From Sphyrna mokarran (taxonomy: Eukaryota), in contig JAGIQG010000013.1 of the NCBI GenBank assembly GCA_024679065.1, positions 42,594,001 through 42,658,000 of the forward strand: a DNA stretch of 64,000 nucleotides. The letters run 5' to 3'. A program made the translations under genes and the position numbers. Positions 38,511-51,472 of this stretch are shown here, piece after piece (the stretch's first letter is position 1; each line of letters starts with the position of its first letter). Under the pieces are notes generated by a model that ran no database searches, was not told the origin of the DNA, and worked only from the letters and a program-made list of their open reading frames with translations.

Positions 38511-38984
38511 AGAAAGCTGCTAAGGAAATGGCTCAAGATGAAACAAGCATACAATGAAACAAGGGTATGCCAGACAAATATTTTTACTGTTATGTTTATG
38601 GTTATAATGCTTCTATTTTCTTAATTCTGTTGAATTTTTTGTGCTGATCTGAGATTGCTCAGAATACAATTTGGCAAAGCAGCATTCTAGAAGAAAAAGC
38701 TCCCAAATCATGTAGACATTCTAGTCTTCAATGGTTCAAAGAAGTTGTATAACCTAAATGTTAAACATTACTTTTGGTTTTTTTTTACCATATTTTAAGT
38801 GTATTCTACTTTTAGATTACAATCCATGTGAGAAAATCTTGTAAACTTCCAATACTTAAACTTATAGTAGTTGAATTTGGATTGAAATGTTACTGATCCA
38901 AATATAATTCTGGCTTAAGAACAGAGTTGTAATATTAAAGCTTTTTCAATCCAATCTGCAGTGTAGGATTTCTGTTCCATACGG

Positions 38985-39162
38985 TTAAATATGCAATCTC
39001 AAACCTTCCGTTTAACACTAATTAAATTATAGATTATCCACTACCAATTTTATTAGACAGCTAGTGAGCCGGCAGCACACTAGCTGTCTAATGACATTTT
39101 CCTAATGCATGGATTGCGAGCAGTCCATTCATTTTGTATTGCATTACTTTGAGAATGCTTAA
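38985..39162. repeat. Old palindromic (Eulor-like) element with a perfect 15-bp central stem
   Basis: ATTAGACAGCTAGTG (39052-39066) / CACTAGCTGTCTAAT (39078-39092); outer matches ATCCA/TGGAT and GCAATCTCAAA/TTTGAGAATGC. Confidence 0.65.
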
Positions 39163-41013
39163 AGGACGAAAATTCAAGATATCATAATTTAGCTATATTG
39201 AAAGTATCCAGGAATCAAGATCCCAGATGTTTTTCAATGGACAATGCATGTCTCAGGATTCAACTGGAATGCAGTAATGATTGGAAAAGCACCCAAGTTT
39301 CTTCTTACTACATTCTCTAAACTTTCATATAATACAAATATTTTGGTATTTTATACTGGTTGCCAAGAGGGCTAGTTTATTCTCTCATTATTGTCGTGGA
39401 CTAGTTTCACTTATATGGCTTTGTTGGCAAATGCACAAGAGCACCTCTGCTTTGCAAAGCACTGGCTGCTTTGTGAAAAAGAACAAACCCCTTCTGAAGA
39501 CAAAGAGGAACCATCTGTGGATGAAAGTGCATGTAATATGTATGGAGCAGTTCTCTGCTCCAGTAAGTATCTTTCTGAAGGTTATGAAGATGCCTTTACA
39601 ATCAATACACCATTTCAGCTCTTGGTCTTCATGTTAATATATAGGTGGTTTGCTTGTACCTTTGTGACCAGTGATATGAATTCCTGCACAGGGAAGACTT
39701 GGCAAATGGGAGGTTATAAATGCACTTACGAGTGAATTTCTCCCAGTTTGCCTTTTCCGTGACTGGAAGAAAGATTCGGTGCTGATAGTAATTTAAGAGG
39801 ACAGTCACAGCTCATGAAAAAATCATCACTGATTATCAAATCAGAATAAAATCAGCCACTCCGCATCACCAGAGACACTTCATGGTTTAATATTTCATGT
39901 GATGGAAGCACTTGCCACAAAAGAAATTCTCAACAGTTCTCCTTTGCGTGCAAATATTTACTTAAATGTTACAGTGCAATAAAACTGGTGTGGTAATACC
40001 AGTAAGCTTTGAGTGATCCTTATAAATAATGGTAATTATATGTGACACCGCTCACTGCAGGTCATAGTGGGCTGGAATCATTCTCATGCTCTGTAGAAGC
40101 TTTTGGTCTGCGTGACTTGCCAGAAAGAGTGCCACAGGAATTCACAGCATAAAGATGACAAATGTCTGTTTTGGCTGCCGCGAATTGAACTCAATCGTAG
40201 GTCTGCAGAAACATCAAAACACAATCAAGGTCTAACATCAACCCCGCAAGCTAGAAGAATTCCTCTGGCTAAAAATAAAAAGACAGCAATGTAGCCAGTG
40301 AAAAACTAGTGCTGAGTGCATTGCTTCTGCACAATACAAAGACACTTCCATTAAGCAAAGCTGTTCCAGCCATTTTGTCAGCTCCCATTTTTCATTATAG
40401 AAGCAGCTATAATTTTGACAAAATAAAATCTGCTGGCAATCATTGAAAATGCAAAAAAAATTTTTTTGATGATACATATGTGCTAAAAATGACCTTGTGT
40501 TTCAGAGTTTTGTTTGAAATCACATCTGTTGAGATTTTTCCACTTTCAGTTGTACGTACATAGCAGAAAAAAAAATGATGAACCTGAAAACAAACATATG
40601 CTTTACAGAAAAATAATAACATGATGTAACCAAACAACATAGGGTGACATGGTGGCACAGTAGTTAGCGCTGCTGCCTCACAATGCCAGGGACCCAGGTT
40701 TGATTCCAGCCTTGGGTCTGTGTGAAGTTTGCACACTCTCCCAGTGTCTGAGTGGGTTTCTTCTAGGTGCTCTGGTTTCCTCCCACAGTCCAAAGATGTG
40801 TAGGTTAGTTGGATTGGTCATGCTAAATTACACCTCAGTGTCCCAAGTGTGCAGTAAATGGATTGTCCATGGTAAATAGCTACAGTGATAAATAACTACA
40901 TGTGTTACAGAGATAGTCATAATGTGGAGATGCTGGTGTTGGACTGGGTGAAACATAGTAAGAAGTCTCACAACACCAGATTAAAGTCTAACAGGTTTAT
41001 TTGGTAACAAATG

Positions 41014-41054
41014 CCACTAGCTTTCGGAGCACTGCTCCTTCGTCAGATGAGTGG
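41014..41054 (-). ncRNA. Minimal type I hammerhead ribozyme, core intact
   Basis: CAU-CUGACGA-A-GGAGC-AGU-GCUCC-GAAA-GC-UA-GUG: both catalytic boxes, 5-bp stem II, palindromic AGCU stem III, 3-bp stem I. Confidence 0.75.
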
Positions 41055-41257
41055 GAGTTCTGATCACAAACAGGGCATATAAAGGCGCACACTCAGTTTA
41101 CAGAATACTGATTAGAATGCGAGTCTTTACAGGTAGTCAAGTCTTAAAGGTGCAGAGAATGTAAGTGGAGATAGCATTAAACATAAGTTAAAGTGATATG
41201 CATTGTCTCCAGACAGGACAGTGAGTGAGATGTTGCAAGCCCAGGCAAGCCATGGGG

Positions 41258-41886
41258 TTACAAATAGTGTGACATGAACCAAAGATCCCAGTTGAGGCCA
41301 TCCTCATGTGTGCAGAACTTGGCTATCAGTCTCTGCTCAGCGACTCTGTGCTGTCGTGTGTCGTGAAGGCCGCCTTGGAAAATGTTTATCCAAAGATCAG
41401 AGGCTGAATGCTTGTGACTGCTGAAGTGTTTGTCAATAGGAAGAGAACAGCCTTGCCTAGTGATTGTCAAGCAGTGTTCATTCATCCATTGTTGTAGCAT
41501 CTGCATGGTCTCCTCAATGTACCATGCCTCCGGACATCCTTTCCTGCAATGTATCAGGTAGACAACATTGGTCAAGTTGCAAGAGTATGTACCATGTACC
41601 TGGTGGATGGTGTTCTCACATGAGATGATGGCATCCATGTTGATGATGTGGCATGTCTTGCAGAGGTTGCTGTGGCAGGATTGTGTGGTGTCATGGTCAC
41701 TGTTCTCCTGAAGGCTGGGTAGTTTGCTGCTGACAATGGTCTGTTTGAAATTGTGTAGTTGTTTGAAGGCAAGAAGTAGGGGTGTGTAGATAGCCTTGGC
41801 AAGATGTTTGTCTTCATCAATGACATGTTGAAGATTCCGAAGAAGATATCATAGCTTCTCCATTCTGGGGAAGTACTGGGCGACAA
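41258..41886 (-). pseudogene. PLE GIY-YIG endonuclease and Cys-rich linker, frameshifted
   Basis: SCNLTNVVYLIHCRKGCPEAWYIEET..MNEH..HF..H..EQRLIAKFCTHEDGLN; upstream C..CKTC linker in another frame. Confidence 0.9.
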
Positions 41887-42678
41887 AGGGTATTCGAAGG
41901 AGCAAGCTCAAAAAGTTAATGGCATTTGTTACTGTTGAACTGTAACGTGGTATTGTGAGACTTCTTATTGTGTTTACAGAGAGGGGACAGGGGAATGAGC
42001 TTGGGTGGGATGCTCTTTCAGAAAGTTAAGTGCATACACGATCAATTGAATGGCCTCCTTCTGCACCTTAGGAATACTATGATTCTATGAAAGATTGATT
42101 TAATTTTAAAACAAATTGTTACTAATGTCCTTTACTCCTTTTGAATATTTGGATTGCTTGCCAGACAATGGTTTCATATCTGTTGTCTTATCTCACTCAA
42201 AAGATCAATATTCATGTATGTACATTGATGTTGTTGGCATGAAATTCAACCATTGCGAGCAACTATTTCACTGCTTGGCATGTCCCCATATATATTCCAG
42301 CAGATGTGGCTATATAACAGTCAGCAGCCGAGATCTTGAACAATTATACTCTCCCTTATCCAAAATATTTGCACTCTATCATCACTGTTATCTGGGATAG
42401 TTTTTCTGAATTAAATGTTTGAATCATTGTTTTTAAATATATTACTGTGGCTAACTAAGAATAAAATACTGAATTACATTGATTTTGTAGTTTAATTCAG
42501 TTTGTAAAATCTGTAAAAAAAAGTAATTGCTTCTCCTGTTACTACTGCTGCAGTTCTTTCTTCAACAGTCGAGTAATAAAATCTCATTAACATCAATTTC
42601 TTTTTATTTTATATTTCATTTCAGGCTCTGGATATTTTTTGATATGTTCATGAACAATTTTATTCCATCTTTGCATAA

Positions 42679-42912
42679 TTAGGCATAGTCTATCAAGGGC
42701 TGTGGACATCTCTCTATCTTCACCGCCATTCTGTGTGCTGGTATCATTCCTCTCTTTGTCCAGTTTCTGATGTGGTCCACCCATCCAATCCTTCTCCTAT
42801 CTGGCCTGCTTCTTTCTGATGTCTCATCTTTTATTGGTGCCACCACTAGAGTTTTATCTTGTCCTTTCCAGTGGTTATACTTTCTCAGTTTGCGCTCCTT
42901 TAGTTTTCCCAA
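42679..42912 (-). mobile_element. RTE-clade LINE C-terminal fragment
   Basis: ERKLRKYNHW..ERSRPDRRRIGWVDHIRNWT resembles RTE ends (KLKYFGH..GKRRRGRQR.RW.D.I). Confidence 0.5.
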
Positions 42913-42944
42913 AAGCTCATTGAGATTTTTTAAAAATTCATTTG

Positions 42945-43216
42945 TGAGACATGGGCTTCACTGGCTGGCTAGCATTTATTGCCCATCCCTATTTGCCCTT
43001 GGAGGGCAGTTAAAACTCAGCCACATTGCTGTGACTCTAGAGTTACTTAGAGGCCAGACCAGGTAAGGCTGACAGAACAATACTGAATCAGATGGGCTTT
43101 TCTGACAATTGACAATGGTTTCATGGTCATTGGTACGTTCTTAATTTCAGGTATATTTTACTGAATTCAAATACTGGGTCCCCAGAAGTTAGCTGAGTTT
43201 CTAGATTAATAGTCTA
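42945..43216 (-). mobile_element. Second SINE family copy
   Basis: Homologous to 34245-34755. Confidence 0.75.
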
Positions 43217-43765
43217 ATGATTGTGAAGAACACATATGGTATGCTAGCCTTTATAGGAAAGGGTATGGCGTACAAGAGCTGGCCTTTAATGTTGCAGTTG
43301 GTTAGATCTCATTTGGAATACTGCATCCAGTTCTGGTCGCCTTACTACCGGAAGGACATGGAGACTCTGGAGAGAGTGAAGAGGAGGTTTACCAGGATGC
43401 TGCTTGGTATGGGAGGTCTGAGTTACGCGGAGAGGTTAGGGAAATTGGGGATTTTTCCTTAGAAAGATGTAGATTTAGAGGAGATCTAATAGAGGTGTAC
43501 AAGATTGAGGGGTATAAATAGTGTAAACAGTGATAAGCTTTTTCCTAGGTTGGAATCAAATATCATGAAGGGTCACGGGCTTAGGGTAAGGGGGGTAAGG
43601 TATAATTTGGATGCTAGAGGGAATTTTTTCACACAGAGGGTTGTGGGGGTTTGGAACGTGCTGCCAAGTAAGGTGGTGGAGGCAGGCACTCTGGAGTTAT
43701 TTAAGAGATATTTAGATGGGCACATGAACAGAATGGGAATGGAGGGATATAGAAGACTGATTTAA
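43217..43765 (+). mobile_element. CR1 LINE 3' coding end
   Basis: YGMLAFIGKG..HLEYCIQFWSPYY and FFTQRVVGVWNVLP. Confidence 0.9.
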
Positions 43766-44029
43766 AATAGAGATCACGAGCCTTGGGAGTTCCCTGGGAA
43801 GTATGTAAATTGTCAATGATATTGATGTATTTCTGTTTTATCCTACAAGTATTTCGGTCTGCCTTGTTGTCTAACAAGGGGCATACACACGATGGGTCAT
43901 GAGAGGGATGCTCTTGGATTTTTCGAGAGTAGCCTAGCGTTTCATGTCATTAGTGTACGCTTAAACTGGACCAGTTGATGGGCAACATGTCAACTCAGTG
44001 TCTATCACTGTGCAATGCAGATACATTGA

Positions 44030-44378
44030 TTTGGGCCTGTGTCTGTGGAGTTTGTACGTTCTCCCTGTGCTTGTGTGGGTTTTCTCTGGGTGCTCCGGTT
44101 TTCTCCCACACTCCAAAGCTGTGCTCTTAGGCTGATTGGCAAAACAAATTCTCCCTAAATTGTCTCGCAAATTTCGTTCCAATGCATACATCTATAAACA
44201 TAGACAGGGATCATGGATAGAAGTGGGAACGTTGAGGTGGCAGCGCGGGCTTGTTGGATTGAAGGGCCTGTTTCTCATGCTGTTTTGTTCTTTGTTTTAC
44301 CCAAACAGGTGCCAGAGTGAGGCAACAGGGGGATTTTCACAGTAACTTCATTGCAGTGTAAATGTAAGCTTACTTAGC
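44030..44378 (+). mobile_element. HE1-body SINE with alternative tail; CR1-type 3' UTR piece inserted at ~44180-44300
   Basis: HE1 body, then GAAGGGCCTGTT..TTGTTCTTTGTT, then GGATTTTCACAGTAACTTCATTGCAGTG. Confidence 0.7.
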
Positions 44379-45164
44379 ATAAATCCCCATCCAATCGCAA
44401 AAGTGAAGCTAAATTAATATACTTCGCTGTTGTCAGTTTTGAAGTAGCCTAGCTTCTTCAGTCATCTATAGCCCTATTAGAAACAAGCCAATCTTCACAT
44501 CGTCCATCCAGAGCTTCCTCGGATTTCTTTAATATATTGACAATGTACCAACGTGTGCAGAACTGTGAAAAGTATTGTGTTTTAATTCATGGAACATTCC
44601 CAAATTATCACAACTATCTTTCTTTGATCTTCAGTCTAAGACTTCTTTCTGTTCCAAACCAGAATTTATCATTCTTGATTTTTTTGTATCCACAATAATC
44701 CCAGCTTTTCTCTGCTGGTCTGCTCTTATTTTGGTTGTCAGCTTTGATCATGTTTCAGCATTCTGATCTGTATAACAATAGGGGGAATAATTATTGTATC
44801 ATTACCTCTTATGTTTATTTTTAAAGCATAAGAATCCTATCACATCCTGCTTAATCTTCCAAAAGTAACCAAAGTAACTCTTTCCTGATGCCTTCATCAC
44901 AATTCCCATTCTCTGACACCAGCCTACCAAGGTATACAAGCTTTTTTACCTGCTCAATTGCATCGTTTCCCACAGTACGTCTTTAAGATGCTTCCTAATT
45001 GACACATAAGTTACCTTTGTATCACTCTGTAAACCAAATTTTCTATTCTCCGTGTACATCTTATAACTTATTAATAATCACAATTGATGCTGAATTTTAA
45101 ACAATAAATACTAGTATCATCACCTCCATAACCTCTCTGGTGTTTTTAAAATTATTTATTATTT

Positions 45165-45690
45165 CACAAGTTGTGGGTGTCCCAGACTAGGTCAGCATTT
45201 ATTGCCTGTCCCTAATTGCTCTTAAGAAGGTTTTATTTTATATTATTTATTATTATTACAAGTAGTCTTACATTAATATTGCAAAGAAGTTACTGTGAAA
45301 ATTCCTTCATTCCCACACTCTGGCACTTGTTCGGGGACACTGAGGAGAATTTAGCATGGCCATGTACCTAACCAACATGTCTTTCAAACTTGTGGGAGGA
45401 AACCAAAACTCCTGAAGGACACTCAGAGACATGGGAAAAATGTATAGCCTCTGCACAGACAGTGATCCAAGCTGGGATACGAACCCAGGTCCTTGGCACT
45501 ATGAGGCAGCAATACTAACCACTGTGCTACCATGCTGCCCCGAGGTGGTAGGCCTCTTCTTGAATTGCTGCAGTCCATGTGATGTAGCCACACCTACAAT
45601 GCCATGCAGAATCAGGCTATTGGGATTGAGGAGGTGAGTTTCTGGTCAATGGTAACAATCAGGATGGCAGTAATGTCAATGAGTGTTTTT
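45165..45690 (-). mobile_element. LINE/SINE 3' end carrying an alternative-tail HE1 SINE (~45250-45540)
   Basis: Shared ATTTATTGCCTGTCCCTAATTGC tail resumes after the SINE at GAGGTGGTAGGCCTCTTCTTGAA. Confidence 0.65.
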
Positions 45691-47129
45691 CATGTATATC
45701 TGCTAATTAGCATCTTATTGTATGACTTAGAATGGGCATCAACGAACAATTCTATTGATTAGATTTACCTTCATTAACCTCTGTAGCTAGCATCCGAGAA
45801 GTCCAAATATTTTTATTCATGAACTTTACATTTCAGCCCTGAAATAATTTATTTCAGGTTATGATTTACAGTCTCTACTGGACATTAGTCTTACTACTGC
45901 AGACATGATTCTGTACCTTGAAGTTGCGTAAAAAAAAAGCAGCAAATGAAAATGACTTTGCACACTGTGATAGTGAATGCAAATATATCTCCCTCTTGGT
46001 AACAGTGATTAAAAAGGGCAAAAACATATGATAAGAGTTCTTTTAGGTGGGAGATGTTCAAAACTAGTGTATTATTTAAGTCTTTAACAATACTATGTTA
46101 AAGCACTGGTCTAATATTCTAACATAAAATGATTGTTAATATGACTTTTAACATGAAGGATAACTGCATTTGATTACATGAAAATTCTATGCCTAGTGTG
46201 TCATATGTTTCAGATTTTTCCAACTTTTTTGGCATTTATTATTTTTTTAAATTTAAAGTTGAATACAGAAAGCACTTTTGAATGCACAAGCAGCCCTGCG
46301 TTCATTGGTCAATTTGGAACAATATTAAGTAACAATATAAGTTATCAACTTTTGTGTGTGTTTTGCAAGAAAATACTGAACTAATTGCTGTTTTTTCTCT
46401 TACAGCCTTCCCTTTTGATTAGTCCATATTCTCATCATTTATGATATTATGGTTATTCCTTTTCTGAACAATCAGTAGTTACATTCAGAGTCTTTTCTTG
46501 AAGTTAGGGTGAGAGAGGGATTTCTTTTCTCATTTCTTGACTTCATCCAGACATCTCAGTCAAATCTAAATAAAATATGTTTTTCTGAAGAATTCCGAAC
46601 AATTCTGAACTGATAATCAAGATTGAGATTTCAATGGGAATCGCAAAAGTTTAAGAGTATAAGAAACAGGAACATCAGTAGATGACACAGGCCTTTGAAC
46701 CTGCTCTGTCATAGTTTGTGGTATCCTCAAACAGAATATAAATGAATTATTTTGTTTTTAACACAACCCTTTGATTATGTAACCGGTACAAACAATTATA
46801 TTTCCGATGGATGTAATTGCCTTCTTTGTAGACTCCCTGGGCGATAGCAAAACCTCTTTTACAAATTGCTTTCAATTATTTTATTAAGATAATGATAGAC
46901 AAGCAGACTTTACCAAGATGTCCAGAAATGGCTCATTCATTGTTCAAATAGTCCCACTGTCAATAAATAAGGGCTACCTTTTATGAGTAATAAACCCAGG
47001 GTTGTTTGAGTTTTAAGTATATCAGAATTGTGCTTACCAGCTTCTCAACCAGAATTCCTCTTTAATCTGTACTTAAAACTTTAATTCTAGAAACTAAAAG
47101 TTATGTTCCAACAGATTCAAATTAATTAT

Positions 47130-47760
47130 GGACCAGATATTCATATCACTTTCTAATTGCTTGCTGTATCTGCATGCTAACTCTTGGTGTTCCTTGTACT
47201 AGTAAGTCTGTGGCCTTCTAAATATCAACATTTAAAAGCTTCATGCATTTAAAATAATATCCTGCCTTACTGTTTTTATTAACAAAGTGAATAAGTCCTA
47301 TTTTCCTACATTGTATTTCATCTTTCCCTATTTTATCCATTCACTTTACCTGTCCTTATCTCATTGTAGTCTCTTTGTGTCTTCCTAACAGCTTATATTC
47401 CCACTGAGTCTTGTATCATTAAGAGTCTTAGACATATTACTTTTTGTCTCTTTTGCTAACTCATTAATGTAGGTTATAAATAGCACCCAGTCTTAAGCCT
47501 CTCCAGTAGTGACAGCCTGTCAATTTGAAAATATCTTGTTTATCCAAACTCTTCAGGTATCTATGCCAATGTATTACCCCCCAATTCCATATGGCCTTAT
47601 CTCGTATGGCACCTTTTGTGTGGCACTTGACCAAATACTTTTTGAAAATAGCCTTTACTTATGCTAATAGTTCTCAAAAAAATTCTATTAAATTTATCAA
47701 AACACAATTTCCCTTTTGCGAAACCATATTTATATCATCTGATCATACCAAGATTTTCTA
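47130..47760 (-). mobile_element. Old CR1 RT fragment
   Basis: Degenerate RT pieces (KVPYEI, LAKETKSN) on the minus strand. Confidence 0.55.
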
Positions 47761-48039
47761 GGCGGACTGTTAATTAAATAAACCAAAGACAATATCTGTT
47801 TCAAAATTCTCCAACTACAGGGCAGCTTAACATTAAAATAGATTAACAAATTATTGCAGGAGTTTTGATATATATGTTTTTTTATTTTTCAGCTTGTATT
47901 GTGATATTTCAGAGATGACAGATATTCATCACAGCTATTTCAAAATACTGCTGGCTTAGTCTTCATTTTAGGATATTTAATGTTTCAAGTTATGTACTTG
48001 TAAGTGCACCCAACATGGCAGATAAAAAATTAAAATAGA

Positions 48040-48180
48040 ATCGGCTTTGCATTTGCATAGCATCTTTTTACATCTTCAAAATTCCAAAATACTTCATTGT
48101 TAATAAACTTGCTCTCAAGTACTGTTATGCAGAGAAACAAGGTGACCAATCTGTGCAAATATGAAAAGCTTTTGCAAATT
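48040..48180 (-). mobile_element. DeuSINE/SacSINE1-like tail
   Basis: Reverse complement similar to 10147-10275. Confidence 0.5.
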
Positions 48181-48689
48181 GGCTGATGTGCTAATAACAA
48201 TCGGCATTGAAGATAGGACATTTATAGCTATTGATAGAAGAACTGTAGGTGTTGGGTATTTTATTTAAACTTGAGGTGTGACTGTACAAATTTGTTCATT
48301 ATCTTAGATAGCTTGCATTGATTTGCATCACTGAGACATACTGAGCTTTGCTGATGCTACGAAATTCCAGCTACTGATCTTGACAGCCTTATGCTGTTTT
48401 CAGGAGACAGAGGAGGAATTTCAAAGTTCTATTCTTCAAGCATTTGGCAGCAGAGTAGCCTACTGACTCAACTGTACAACCAAGTTTTGATGCCACCTCT
48501 TATTCTGAGGTGAAGACAGTGTGAACTTGTCAAACCTCCTCCATCGGTTCCAAATAAAATGTATCATGACAGATCAGATTGTCTTCAGTATTCGATGAAA
48601 ATTAGGTGAAAGCTGATAACACAACATACAGAAATAAGGTATTAACCAAGGCAATGATTAAAATCATTAAAGTATTAACATTAGGTAAA

Positions 48690-50140
48690 CACATTTGGGG
48701 GAAATAGCCCCTTGAAACAAATGTGGGGATCGCAATGAATTATTAACTCATGCCCATTCCATTTCATGCAGGCAGCAGAAGACAAATATCATATCATCAG
48801 CTTCATTAAATGGTAGCAGCATACAACGCAGTGCCAAATACACTATTAAAATGCTGCATGTATCAAAATGTTGCCCACATTCATGCAAAGCTAGCTTCAC
48901 TTGAAACTAACCTAAATGAGAGGAGCATTCTTGCTGGATTAAAGATTGCAAGTGAATGGGAAAGTGAATCGGAGCGGCACAAGTACAAACTAATAGTACA
49001 GAAGGGCAGAAAGCATACTCCAAGGTTCTCAGCTGTAGCACTCGAGATCTTGTTCCAGTAGCTTGACAAAAAGAGAGAAGTCCTCAATTCACACTGGGCC
49101 TAGAAGTCCTAATAAATAAAAGAGTATTGGAAATAGATAATCACCATGGTCAATACTATATTTGTAGCTCTGAGGACCTGGATGTAAAGCTGCAAGATTT
49201 TTAATGACCTCACACAAAAGTGATCAAGGTCAATGGATTCACCTTTAAACATCATATCACACCAATTGAACCAATTTCAGACACAGGATGATTCACCACC
49301 TCTTAAACTTCACTCACCTACCAATATTCTGTGCTATTCATGATTCATACTAATATTCATAGCTTCACCTCAGCCTCACACATTTAGCACTACCACACAT
49401 CTTATGCCCATATTTCACAGCTTGCGCAGACTGTCAGCTATTCACAGTAAAATGCTTGTTGCACTGGGAAGCTCGCCAGAAAGCTTGTGGTTGATCTCAG
49501 CAAGAGGGATTCTGACATCAAGTTGGCACAGAATTTTGTGAAGAGCTTGGATTACATCCTATCCAATGTAGAAATGCTAGCCAATTCCATTAACAAGCCG
49601 GTGGACCCGACCATGATGTGGCATGCGATGGCCTTGCCTCAGCTTCCATGACAGTATAAGCAGGAGACATACAATGGTTGAGGCATAGAATGAAGTATAA
49701 AATCTCAGCTTATACTCAGACTGCTGCTATCGTGGCTGTGGATACCAGTAGTCAAAGGGAGTCACTCTCACAGTAGTCCAGCAATTGGTGCTGCAACAGA
49801 TTGTCACCATTGTTGAGTGATACAGAGGCACAAAATGGAGACACTGCTGTTACACAATGGAATACGGTCTATTGCCCTCTCTGAGGATGACAGCGTTTGT
49901 CCTCCCATCACTGGCACTGGCACTGGCACCATTGTCTGTTGGCCAGTCAGTTCAGGTCACTGCCAAATGCGCTGAGCAAGTGCATTCTGAAGATGAGCCT
50001 GCCAGGACTTGAACTGCTTGAGGGATTCCTGCAGCGGAGATCAGCAGTCTTTCCAAGTCCAGTTGTTGTAGGAGCATTAGGAGAGACAAAGGAATCTGCA
50101 AGGCAAGCATTACGCAAAGGCACAAGTATGATTATGCAGC
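48690..50140 (+). mobile_element. Harbinger Myb/SANT gene remnant
   Basis: GRKHTPRFSAVALEILFQ.LDKKREVL..YWK..RTWM..CKIFNDLT at ~49005-49215, followed by intron-like sequence and later exon remnants. Confidence 0.6.
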
Positions 50141-51472
50141 TTTTGTATGGAACGTTAGATGGTTCAATTTGAAAAAGCCAGGATTTCCCAAGTCTTTGCA
50201 GGGGTTCATTTTACATTTTGTTAAAAGTAGTTTGAGCCAGTAGACTGAACTTGAAGTAAGTTGTGCATGAATATCCTGGAATGACAGGCACTTTTTTAAA
50301 TGTAAACCATGTGCATTCAGGCATCAGAGAATATTTGCAGGGATGAGTGTTGAATCATTTCTGAACAGGAATTAATTCATTTCATGGTACCATCTCAGAC
50401 ATTTCAAATATAAGTCAACTAACAAAACCTTCACAACGCAGATTAAAGGGACTTGCACCTTTAAGAAAAGTAACACTTTGTTAGTTCAAGCCTTGTCCAA
50501 ATGTCCAGCACCTTGTTAATATCCAGTTTAATGCTAAAGAAAGGATCAGTGGTGTCTATATTTTACAGCTTGTCAGTACAATAGAGGTAAAGGTTAGTGC
50601 CTTAGCGATGCCTTGACACAAGCTGCTACATATATACTTAATAAATACCATATGAAACACAAAGCAGGCTAACATCTAAGGGTCTAAATTTCTCTGCAGC
50701 TACTAATGTTTGGAAATCTTTAAGATTTGTGATTTCTTTTTGTTTATAAACCATTGTTGACAGAATATACCTCATTTGTTTTGTTTACCTGCAGTTTGTG
50801 GTTGCCATGAGAATTAATAACCAAAGAAAATCAGTCATTAAGAAGTAGAATGTCCATGAAGGATTTTCATATGCAAGTACCAGCATTAAATACTGATGGC
50901 ATTAAAGTCAATTTAATGCCAGATTTATCCTGCTAATGATCCATTGAATATTGTCCCTGTCTGAACTGATTAACTTGAGTATACCCATATTATACCATAT
51001 TTTGTTTTGACGTAAAATACCTGATTACCAAGGAGGCCTGAAAAAGTCACCAAGCTGCAAGGTATAACACTCTCAAAGCACTGTATCTTTGTTTCAAAGA
51101 CACCATAGACATGTCTGATCAGTACCTTCCTCTGAAGTGCTGGGCCCACAGTAACATATGTGATGAAGTGCCCCCATCTCTCCTTACTATACCTCCTGGC
51201 TACGTCTGAAATAATACCCTTTCAAACTATTCATTCATGTAAGATTCCTTATTACAAATAATGGAACTCAAAGTCACTCTGTGTTCTTTACGATTTTTAC
51301 ATGATAACAATTTCTTCGCCCATTCAATTAGTCAGAAATGACAGAATTAAAAACAGTTAATATTAGCCAGTCTAAAATTGCAAAATGCATGGTTTCATGC
51401 TTGCTAAAGCCAGCCATCTACCTACTGCATTCACTTCCATGGAACCTAAATTGGGACTTAATGACTAGCAGA

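Larger units (their letters stand above)
40914..41975 (-). mobile_element. 5'-truncated Penelope-like retroelement: pseudo-LTR, endonuclease region and short inverted pLTR piece
   Basis: pLTR 40914-41257, coding remnant to ~41890, inverted pLTR fragment ~41920-41975; TTACAGAGA repeated at both junctions. Confidence 0.9.
40641..42090 (+). mobile_element. HE1-type SINE split by a Penelope element
   Basis: Head and body 40641-40912, remainder and ATTCTATG tail ~41976-42090. Confidence 0.85.

Noticed and set aside
39391-39735. 114-aa ORF with an acidic patch (EKEQTPSEDKEEPSVDES)
   Set aside because: Non-ATG start, weak splice signals, no recognised homology.
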